Part shown: one piece after another, positions 36,237 to 42,742 of the stretch
Layout of the letters: each line of letters starts with the position of its first letter
How positions within the stretch are numbered: position 1 is the stretch's first letter
DNA from: a virus
Lineage: Duplodnaviria; Caudoviricetes
Virus record (IMG/VR): IMGVR_UViG_3300037423_000471
Location: 1-45,792 of that record
DNA length: 45,792 nt
Strand: one strand, 5' to 3'
Position numbers and translations under genes: made by a program
Notes under the pieces: generated by a model
The model's database searches: none
What the model was told of the DNA's origin: nothing
Seen by the model: the letters and a program-made list of their open reading frames with translations, nothing else

Positions 36237-36796
36237 TGCACCTCGCCCCCTTCCTCTATCTCATCAGGCACAATCTGTTCTAACTGATTGTATTCCGCTT
36301 CTAACTCAGCATCAGACAAATTGTCATAATCTTTACGCTGTGTCACTGTTGACGTTTGGAACACATGGTGTCGATCCCGCCAGTTCTTAGGGTCTTTATT
36401 CTTCGTTATATAAATCCCTGCTGTTGTGTTTGGCGGTTGATACTTTTTAACCCGTTTCCGCTCTTTCAAGTTACCATCAGCGTCATAAATCTCCGTTACT
36501 TCATCATGATAAAAGCCTGTTGCCGACTTAAACAAAGCATTCTCCACATGCATTAAAGCCATGTGACCCGATTGTTTTAGAGCTTCCGACAAATCCGAAT
36601 GCTTGGTTTTATGTAACATTAACGTACTTGTCGCAATTCCCAAATTTTCGGCAATTTGCTCATGTGTCAATCCGTTTCGATACCATCCTTTTATCTCTTC
36701 CAAGTACGGCTTAACATGCGTTTCATACTTACTCTGATTACCTACTTTCTTTTTCGGTTTTGGCTTTATACCTCCTTTCTTCTTCTGATCGCTCAT
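36233..36796 (-). CDS. Terminase small subunit-like HTH protein
   Basis: GLTHEQIAENLGIATSTL, VENALFKSATG, PPNTTA.IY..KN..P..WRD. Confidence 0.75.
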   Translation of the reverse strand: MSDQKKKGGIKPKPKKKVGNQSKYETHVKPYLEEIKGWYRNGLTHEQIAENLGIATSTLMLHKTKHSDLSEALKQSGHMALMHVENALFKSATGFYHDEVTEIYDADGNLKERKRVKKYQPPNTTAGIYITKNKDPKNWRDRHHVFQTSTVTQRKDYDNLSDAELEAEYNQLEQIVPDEIEEGGEVH

Positions 36797-36820
36797 AAAA
36801 CATCATCCTTTCGCGTTGAA

Positions 36821-36970
36821 TTATCTATGCCACATAACGAGTTTAGTTAACTGTTCGATTTGTTCTTGTTGTGATTTCACTGTATCAGTCAATATTTTTA
36901 ATTGCTCATTAAGATTAACAAGCATTTCATGCTGATTCCTAATAATTTTGTTTAATACTTCATCACTCAC
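36821..36970 (-). CDS. 49-aa coiled-coil protein, not in ORF track
   Basis: GAGGGT RBS, GTG start MSDEVLNKII... Confidence 0.5.
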   Translation of the reverse strand: MSDEVLNKIIRNQHEMLVNLNEQLKILTDTVKSQQEQIEQLTKLVMWHR

Positions 36971-36983
36971 CGTTTATCAACCC

Positions 36984-37214
36984 TCACCATGGAATGTCCT
37001 TCTTGCTATTGTCACCGCGCAATATACCGGAAGTCGTGCTTTTCTTCGTCTGTGTGGCTAATGTACGTATTTCCGCATCTTTGATATGTCCCGTACATTT
37101 AGCCCATCTAGCCCGATCCTCGTCGCTGTAGTCTTCTATGCGTTTAACCGTGACAGGAGCCTCTATAGGTCTTCTGCGCTTAATCCAATCATCAGCACTA
37201 AAAGGAATGGACAC
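36984..37214 (-). CDS. Hypothetical protein, 76 aa
   Basis: ORF track. Confidence 0.6.
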   Translation of the reverse strand: MSIPFSADDWIKRRRPIEAPVTVKRIEDYSDEDRARWAKCTGHIKDAEIRTLATQTKKSTTSGILRGDNSKKDIPW

Positions 37215-37324
37215 TATTCACCGTCACCCGCTTCGTAACCGTCTTTGTAATCTTTGCTTATGTAATACAAAGATAGCCCTATAACCACGATGCAAACAAC
37301 TAAGCTAACCGCTAAATTGTCCAT
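37214..37324 (-). CDS. 36-aa single-TM peptide (MDNLAVSLVVCIVVIGLSLYYISK...), not in ORF track
   Basis: GAGGTG RBS. Confidence 0.5.
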   Translation of the reverse strand: MDNLAVSLVVCIVVIGLSLYYISKDYKDGYEAGDGE

Positions 37325-37342
37325 TTAGCACCTCATTAGGCA

Positions 37343-37374
37343 TAATAAAAACCATGCGTTAGGAGTCGCATGGC
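37343..37374 (-). terminator. Intrinsic terminator closing the RNA cluster
   Basis: GCCATGCG-actcctaa-CGCATGGTTTTTATT. Confidence 0.7.
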
Positions 37375-37427
37375 TTCTGTATCGGTACTTTCGCGTAAAG
37401 CACCGTTAAGCGGGTATTTGGTTAGGT

Positions 37428-37490
37428 TCGCCCCTCATGCGCTGATTGACCACTCACCTTTTATTGGTGTTAGGAACGCATAAGAGGCGA
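37428..37490 (-). ncRNA. Structured element with 14-bp basal stem
   Basis: TCGCCTCTTATGCG pairs with CGCATGAGGGGCGA (two G-U); internal CACC-aataaaa-GGTG hairpin. Confidence 0.5.
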
Positions 37491-37511
37491 TTGTTGCCCT
37501 TGGGAGGCGAT

Positions 37512-37579
37512 TGGACAGTGAGCGGATTTGAACCGCTGTTCGTGGGTTCGTTAGTCCCACGGCTTACCGGAACACCGTC
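37512..37579 (-). ncRNA. tRNA-like element 1 (D-arm-less)
   Basis: Acceptor GACGGTG/CACTGTC, T-arm AGCGG-TTCAAAT-CCGCT, central arm CGTGGG-ACTAACGAA-CCCACG, no D stem. Confidence 0.65.
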
Positions 37580-37589
37580 ATGGTATGAA

Positions 37590-37666
37590 GCGTATGGAGG
37601 AATCTAACCCCCACCATTTGCGCCGTTACCTAGTATAGCGAACGCAACAGACCAACACGGATACGC
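37590..37666 (-). ncRNA. tRNA-like element 2 (degenerate)
   Basis: Acceptor GCGTAT/ATACGC, T-arm GGGGG-TTAGATT-CCTCC, central TTGCG/CGCAA arm. Confidence 0.5.
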
Positions 37667-37674
37667 ATATATAA

Positions 37675-37761
37675 ACTGCCACCATCAATATACCGTTACT
37701 CCACTGCTCTAGGCTCGTGTCGTTGGGCTATCCTCCAACCGTTCTCGGTATAAGCAGCAGT
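37675..37761 (-). ncRNA. Three-way-junction RNA motif, copy B
   Basis: ACTGCTGCT/GGTGGCAGT and TATACCG/CGGTATA stems enclosing GTTGG/CCAAC hairpin and CTAGA-loop hairpin. Confidence 0.5.
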
Positions 37762-37816
37762 AAAGAACAATAACAAATAGGTTGCGCTGCTACGCACCGC
37801 TTTTATACGTATTATA

Positions 37817-38056
37817 TTATAATAAGAAGTCTAGCGAATGATTGTTAAATTCGGCCATTTTTCTTATTAATGAATCCCGTTTTTCGTAGTGTTTGCGCCA
37901 AAATTCGTCCAAAATTAAAGGGTTTGACATATCCATCCTCGTTGTATCTAGACCATGCTCTATCATATGCCGTTTTTCATAGTTGCTAGAAATCATCTTG
38001 TCGCAGATTTGACACCGTTTTTTCGTGTACTTTTTGCCTATTGCGTTTGGCATCAT
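37817..38056 (-). CDS. C2H2-type zinc-finger protein, 79 aa
   Basis: C-x2-C-x11-H-x3-H (CQIC...HMIEH); GAAGGTGA RBS. Confidence 0.65.
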   Translation of the reverse strand: MMPNAIGKKYTKKRCQICDKMISSNYEKRHMIEHGLDTTRMDMSNPLILDEFWRKHYEKRDSLIRKMAEFNNHSLDFLL

Positions 38057-38166
38057 CTTATCACCTTCTTTATTGTTACCCCGCTAGGATAGAAACCACA
38101 TTGTTCAGGTGCCACCTGTCAGAGCGGGATTGGCTAGGTTCCCTGTGGTGTCTGCCCCAGAGATAC

Positions 38167-38264
38167 GAAAGACTGAGAAAGGTTTTAACCGCTGTGTCAA
38201 TGTCGGTCTAGCCGCATTCGTTAGCGCACCATTGCGCCCCTCGGTGTCCTTCTCTCAATCTTCC
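38167..38264 (-). ncRNA. Three-way-junction RNA motif, copy A, at 5' end of late transcript
   Basis: ~16-bp stem GGAAGATTGAGAGAAGG/CCTTTCTCAGTCTTTC, ACCG/CGGT, GCGCA/TGCGC hairpin, AATG-CGG-CTAGA-CCG-A-CATT hairpin. Confidence 0.55.
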
Positions 38265-38269
38265 ATGGT

Positions 38270-38335
38270 ATAAATATATCATGCCTAAAAGCAAAGAGTT
38301 ACTAGTAAATTTACAAAAAAATACTAAATATTTTA
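38270..38335 (-). promoter_or_regulatory. Probable activator (ArpU)-dependent late promoter
   Basis: AT-rich upstream region, extended -10 TGATATATT without good -35, between arpU operon and terminase operon. Confidence 0.5.
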
Positions 38336-38339
38336 TAGA

Positions 38340-38795
38340 TTAGCCTATCCGCTCTAAATTACCGTTCTGATCCATCTTAAACCGTGGCTTTTCGTGTTCG
38401 CCTAGTTCCCGTTTAATCACAATTTGCCGCGCTTCCTCCATAACCTTCTGCAATACCTCGTAGTCGCTAAGCTTATTCTCTAGTTCTTCTACCTGATTCC
38501 TTAACCGTTGATTCTCTGCTATTATCTCCGAGTATGCTTCCTGCATGGAAATAATGTTGCTTAGAAACTCCTGATACTTCCCCTCGTTTATATTCGTTAC
38601 CTTCTTAGCCGTTGATATGATGGATTTCATTTTAATTATTCTGTAGTACCTCGCTTGTACCGTTATCCCATTAACCCCGAACTCACTCTCCATCGATTTA
38701 AATATCTCCGTCTTTGGTGCGTCAGGGTTTGTTGTTGTGTATTCCCTGTACATTTTCAGAATCTTATTATCGTCGGCTTTCGTCCATCTTTTCAT
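38340..38795 (-). CDS. rsfA: RsfA/GerR-family sporulation regulator homologue
   Basis: Myb/SANT-like start WTKADD; C-terminus DYEVLQKVMEEARQIV...FKMDQNGNLE closely resembles the RsfA C-terminus as recalled (DYETLVKIMNRARKLV...FKMDRNGNLE). Confidence 0.75.
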   Translation of the reverse strand: MKRWTKADDNKILKMYREYTTTNPDAPKTEIFKSMESEFGVNGITVQARYYRIIKMKSIISTAKKVTNINEGKYQEFLSNIISMQEAYSEIIAENQRLRNQVEELENKLSDYEVLQKVMEEARQIVIKRELGEHEKPRFKMDQNGNLERIG

Positions 38796-38814
38796 AGTTG
38801 CTACCTCCGTTTAT

Positions 38815-39111
38815 TTAGTCTCTGAACCGCTCATAATTGCGGGGATCAATATACTTTCGCACCAATGCGTTTATCTGCTTCTTAGCTTCTTCTGCTAGTC
38901 GTCGTGTAATTTTAATTTCGTTTAGCGTGTTTCCCTTTTCAGCGAATTGAAACGGATACTTTTCCTTCAACGCTTCAAGCATGTTTACATCGGTATAGTC
39001 CCATAGTTCCATCCGGTCATATATTTTTTTGTTCAACTTCTTTAGCACATCTATATCAATGGCTATAGACTTTCGCTCACGTAACAGCATCGTTTCAATG
39101 TATGGTTTCAT
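38815..39111 (-). CDS. Hypothetical protein, 98 aa
   Basis: ORF track; GAAGGAGG RBS. Confidence 0.7.
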   Translation of the reverse strand: MKPYIETMLLRERKSIAIDIDVLKKLNKKIYDRMELWDYTDVNMLEALKEKYPFQFAEKGNTLNEIKITRRLAEEAKKQINALVRKYIDPRNYERFRD

Positions 39112-39563
39112 GTCGTTTCCTCCTTCTTCACGTATATCCCAAGTGTTGCCGCCAGTATTAGAAAGGCTTGCTCACGTATCTTGCTGTACGTCATAGGTGA
39201 AATTTCCATGATGCCGTAATACACATCCCGATCATACGTCCCGAACGCGGTCAGGTATCGCTCTTTGATAAGTTGACGCTGCTTAAAGTTTAGCTTCGTC
39301 TCAACTGCCCTCTCCACGCGCCTAATGACCGATTTCCGGCGTTCTTCCTCTTGGACGTTATATAGTGCCACATTAGCGGTTTGATCGCTTGTGACGTTCG
39401 TACGTTGGCTCTCCTGTGCTGTGTAGCTTTGTGTTATGGTCGCCTCTTTACGGTCAAACTCGGTTAACTTGTACATCAAGCATTCGTTAAGTATATTTTC
39501 TACCGCTTCCTTAGTTTTGCGCTCGTCAATGGGTGGAAGGTAGAACAGTAAATCCCGTTTCAC
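39108..39563 (-). CDS. arpU: ArpU-family late transcriptional activator
   Basis: LPPIDERKTKEAVE, ITQSYT, TSDQTA..A, QRQLIKERYL, ISPMTYSKIREQAF. Confidence 0.88.
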   Translation of the reverse strand: MKRDLLFYLPPIDERKTKEAVENILNECLMYKLTEFDRKEATITQSYTAQESQRTNVTSDQTANVALYNVQEEERRKSVIRRVERAVETKLNFKQRQLIKERYLTAFGTYDRDVYYGIMEISPMTYSKIREQAFLILAATLGIYVKKEETT

Positions 39564-39606
39564 ATTAGCACCACCTATGTTAGAATGTAGGTGTTAAATT
39601 AAGGTT

Positions 39607-39632
39607 AGCCCCCTGAGAATGGGGGCTTTTTC
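39607..39632 (+). terminator. Plus-strand terminator upstream of arpU
   Basis: AGCCCCC-tgagaat-GGGGGCTTTTT. Confidence 0.65.
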
Positions 39633-39655
39633 TATGTTCATTTGTTACGCCTCAA

Positions 39656-39836
39656 CGTCGTGATGTGCAGTAACTATTCGAGCCTTTTACCGCATCGTTT
39701 GCAGTAAACTTTCTGCCAAACGTATTCGAAACCGAACATATCTTTTTCTTGTGCTCTCACTGGCTTATGCCCGAAAAGCAAACACAATAATCTTTTCAAC
39801 TCCGTTCACCTACTCCGTCATCGTCGTGATGTGCAG
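39656..39836. repeat. 15-bp direct repeat CGTCGTGATGTGCAG flanking a 41-aa gene
   Basis: Exact copies at 39656-39670 and 39822-39836. Confidence 0.8.
39674..39799 (-). CDS. DUF1660-like small protein, 41 aa, not in ORF track
   Basis: MKRLLCLLFGHK...YCKRCGK; AGGTG RBS, TTG start. Confidence 0.65.
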   Translation of the reverse strand: MKRLLCLLFGHKPVRAQEKDMFGFEYVWQKVYCKRCGKRLE

Positions 39837-39845
39837 CATGTTTGT

Positions 39846-39998
39846 TTACTCCTGTTCGCTTGCGATAATGCCCAATTCTATAGACACCATCGTAATCTTT
39901 TCCATCGCCGCTCGTACCGTGCTATCCTTCATCGACGCGACTAGCAACATGCCGCAAGCAGTATCAAGCTCAGAAATCAATTCATCGAGTTTACTCAC
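39846..39998 (-). CDS. Hypothetical 50-aa protein (MSKLDELISELD...), not in ORF track
   Basis: AAGGAGG RBS, GTG start. Confidence 0.6.
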   Translation of the reverse strand: MSKLDELISELDTACGMLLVASMKDSTVRAAMEKITMVSIELGIIASEQE

Positions 39999-40043
39999 TT
40001 TGTTCCCTCCTTACTGCACAAAATGGGTCTACAACGCACCACC

Positions 40044-40541
40044 TTAAAACGGAAGTTCAGGATTGAGTTCGTCCAACATTTCCTTGCCCATGTCCGCTTG
40101 TTCCTTCGCTTGCTCCAACAGGTCAGCCGATGCCGCCGCTTCTTGGTTCGCCTGTTCGACTTCTTTCACCGCTGCTGCTTTATCTGCTTCGATTTCAGCT
40201 TTCGTGCGTCTCTTGCGCTTCTGCGCTACCTCGTCAGTAGGCAACTCGTCCACCGTCTTCAACTCGTCAAAAGTCACTTGGTTCGGATCGGCTTCAACGT
40301 TGCCGTTTTTGTCTACGCTGTATGTGATACCTTGGTGCGGCTCCGGCTGCTCGTCTTCGTAATCGTCAATGTCCGTTTGTGCGCTGCTAATGGTTGTGAA
40401 CACAACCCCGGCCGACTTCAATTTGTGGAGTGCCAAAATCTGCTCATCTGTCAGTTCCGCCTTAACGGTGAGTGTGATACTCGCTTCTCCCTTGTTGTTA
40501 ATCTTAAAATCCTTGAATCCTGCTCGAATGTTCGTTTTCAT
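40044..40541 (-). CDS. Acidic hypothetical protein ending in SSB-like ELPF tail
   Basis: ORF track; AAGGAG RBS. Confidence 0.75.
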   Translation of the reverse strand: MKTNIRAGFKDFKINNKGEASITLTVKAELTDEQILALHKLKSAGVVFTTISSAQTDIDDYEDEQPEPHQGITYSVDKNGNVEADPNQVTFDELKTVDELPTDEVAQKRKRRTKAEIEADKAAAVKEVEQANQEAAASADLLEQAKEQADMGKEMLDELNPELPF

Positions 40542-40555
40542 GTCGTTATCTCCTT

Positions 40556-41077
40556 TTAATTTGCGAATGGTAAATATTTTTTCAATGACTCTAAAGCAAC
40601 TTTTTTAGCTTCTTCAAAGTCAATGTAATACCCAACGTTAATATCCTTTTTATTGATTCTAAACCGCACTTGCCACCTACCGGATGAATTATTCCAAGAA
40701 ACCCCTCTAACCCCGCTCGTGTTGTTCTTCTGCAACCCGTTTATGTTTTGTCTGTTTTGCCCTTGCGTGACTATTCTCAAGTTATTGTCTTTATTATTTA
40801 ACGAATTTCCGTCTATGTGGTCTACAACCATACCATCTGGGCAGTTCGTTAAAAGTCTGTGTAAATGTATTTTCTTAGCGGATCGGTTTGAACCGACCAC
40901 ATAAAATTTATCATACTGTTTGCAACAATTTACCGCCCACTTACCTTTGTAAGAATCAATAACAAATTGTAGTTTATTAATCGAAATTTCCGTCTCAAAT
41001 ATCGTTCCGTCCCGCCGTTTAATAAAAATTACCGCTGTATCGCCTCTTATTTCGTATTCGTTTTTGATGTTTGTCAC
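40556..41077 (-). CDS. HNH homing endonuclease with AP2 domain
   Basis: LHRLL..VVDHIDGNSLNN..NLR..N; NTSGVRGVSW; visibly more AT-rich than neighbours. Confidence 0.9.
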   Translation of the reverse strand: MTNIKNEYEIRGDTAVIFIKRRDGTIFETEISINKLQFVIDSYKGKWAVNCCKQYDKFYVVGSNRSAKKIHLHRLLTNCPDGMVVDHIDGNSLNNKDNNLRIVTQGQNRQNINGLQKNNTSGVRGVSWNNSSGRWQVRFRINKKDINVGYYIDFEEAKKVALESLKKYLPFAN

Positions 41078-41123
41078 TCCCTTTCGTTTTTTTATTTTAT
41101 AAGTCCTATGGACGTTATAACGA

Positions 41124-41624
41124 TTAGTCGATAAACAGTGTATCTATTTCACCACTTAATCTAATTCTTTTCTCGATGTACTCTTTAATTTTACCTTCCG
41201 GCCCATACCAACCTTCGGGCTTTTGGATTTTCCCTAACTCATTTCTCAGTACCTTACCATTCACCACTTTACGCATATTCGCGCCGTGAATCTCGTCGAA
41301 AACTTGCTCAGGAGGTAAGCCCATAAGCGTATGTGTTCCAACGTTGAAGTAAGTTATGTCTCCAAGTGCGTCGGCCTGATCTTCAATAGTTTCAGCATAT
41401 AGAAACTCGGACAATTCTTCGAGCATATAAGCGGCCCTAACGAGTACGGGGGATGATAATTCGCTTTCTTTCATCAGGTTCGAGATGTGTTCCAACTTCT
41501 GCCCGAACCTTACACACTCGATTGATTGTGCTTGGTCGCCTTTACTGAGCATTGTCGGCTTACTCGGCATATCAATAGAACATGCCTTGTGAAACTCTTG
41601 CACCTGTTTATAGTGCTTGTTCAT
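41124..41624 (-). CDS. MazG-like/PRA-PH NTP pyrophosphohydrolase (MNKHYK start)
   Basis: VQEFH, EELSEF, DALGDITY, EIHGANMRK, GKIQKPEGW. Confidence 0.8.
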   Translation of the reverse strand: MNKHYKQVQEFHKACSIDMPSKPTMLSKGDQAQSIECVRFGQKLEHISNLMKESELSSPVLVRAAYMLEELSEFLYAETIEDQADALGDITYFNVGTHTLMGLPPEQVFDEIHGANMRKVVNGKVLRNELGKIQKPEGWYGPEGKIKEYIEKRIRLSGEIDTLFID

Positions 41625-41731
41625 CCTTTTTTCCTCCATTCGGTTTTTTCCTTGTAGTCAAGCCATTGAACCAATACAACGCCAGTCATGACAATAAAAA
41701 CAATTATAACTAAAGCATTAGACCAAGCCAC
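41621..41731 (-). CDS. 36-aa single-TM peptide (MAWSNALVIIVFIVMTGVVLVQWLDY...), not in ORF track
   Basis: GAGGGGT RBS; ATGA coupling downstream. Confidence 0.55.
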   Translation of the reverse strand: MAWSNALVIIVFIVMTGVVLVQWLDYKEKTEWRKKG

Positions 41732-42206
41732 TTTTACCCCTCTTTTCTTCTCGTTTTGCCTTCATGTACTGCTCATCTGTCAGCCATCCACCAAACTTAA
41801 CTATACGCTTCATAACCACTAGCCTAATGTCAGGATAACGAGCATCAAACAACTTTCGCTTAATCGGGAACTTTTGGTCTGCGAACCCTTTAACATCGTA
41901 ACAGATGATTTCCCCATCCCGCTTAGTCACTTTGAAATCAGGGCTATATGTGATTGCTTGATGCTTCTTGCCGAACTTCTCGAACGATTCTTGTAGTATG
42001 TACTTCGGCTGTAATTCAACCGTTATAAGCCCTTTTTTGATACGTGGGAGCAGGATTTCCGTGTAAAACTTTAACTCCATTTCGCTATCAAAAATGATTG
42101 TTCCCGGTGCGTACAAACTCATTACAGCGTCTTTTCGTTCAACCTTTCGGATTGTTCCATCAGGCAGTAGAACAGAAAACTTATTCTTATATTTCTGTTC
42201 CGTCAT
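41718..42206 (-). CDS. DUF1064-family PD-(D/E)xK nuclease-like protein
   Basis: FDSEME..FY, LQPKYILQ, ITYSPDF, DVKG, KRKLF. Confidence 0.8.
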   Translation of the reverse strand: MTEQKYKNKFSVLLPDGTIRKVERKDAVMSLYAPGTIIFDSEMELKFYTEILLPRIKKGLITVELQPKYILQESFEKFGKKHQAITYSPDFKVTKRDGEIICYDVKGFADQKFPIKRKLFDARYPDIRLVVMKRIVKFGGWLTDEQYMKAKREEKRGKSGLV

Positions 42207-42729
42207 TGTCTAACCCTTCTTCCTCGTGGAACTTATTACGCCACGGTACACGGTTCATGATTTTATGGTATTCTTCCCGCCTCACGAATCCGATTTTACC
42301 ATTGTAATAGTCCATCGTCTCGGTTCTAATCCCTCTTTCGTGATAAGCACAAAGGGGAACGAGTGCGAACCGCTTAACCGCTGTATAGTGACATTCAGGA
42401 TATTTACACGTCACGCCTAACGGTGTGTAATCCTCGTCAATGTAACGAATGTCGCGTATTTCCTGCGCTGCTTTTAACATGCTTTTAACCGTTAACCCAA
42501 ACTGGCTCCGATCCACTTCTTGACCGCGTAAAGCTGCCCTGTCCTTTTGCTTCATCGGCTCGATTCTGCGTATCTGCACCAAGTATCGAAGCCGATTCTC
42601 TACGCTGCTAAACTCTCGACCAAGTTCGCTTGCCATCCGTTCGGTTGTTAACCCGCCTTTTTGCCGCATTCTGATTAGTCGCTCGTCTTCTTCCGGTGTC
42701 CAACGTTTCCTACTACCGTCCCGCCCCAT
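42187..42729 (-). CDS. Myb/SANT-like HTH protein with C-terminal Cys/His cluster
   Basis: RWTPEEDERL...MASELGR..SSVENRL; CKYPECH...LCAYH. Confidence 0.7.
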   Translation of the reverse strand: MGRDGSRKRWTPEEDERLIRMRQKGGLTTERMASELGREFSSVENRLRYLVQIRRIEPMKQKDRAALRGQEVDRSQFGLTVKSMLKAAQEIRDIRYIDEDYTPLGVTCKYPECHYTAVKRFALVPLCAYHERGIRTETMDYYNGKIGFVRREEYHKIMNRVPWRNKFHEEEGLDNDGTEI

Positions 42730-42742
42730 TCAACAAGCCTCC

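Noticed and set aside
37491-37511. HDV-like (theta) ribozyme after the tRNA-like element
   Set aside because: GCC-TCCCAAG-GGC resembles P3/L3 but I find no P1, P1.1 or P2 partners.
37512-37666. Canonical tRNA genes
   Set aside because: No D stem and no 7-nt anticodon loop; reported as tRNA-like RNAs instead.
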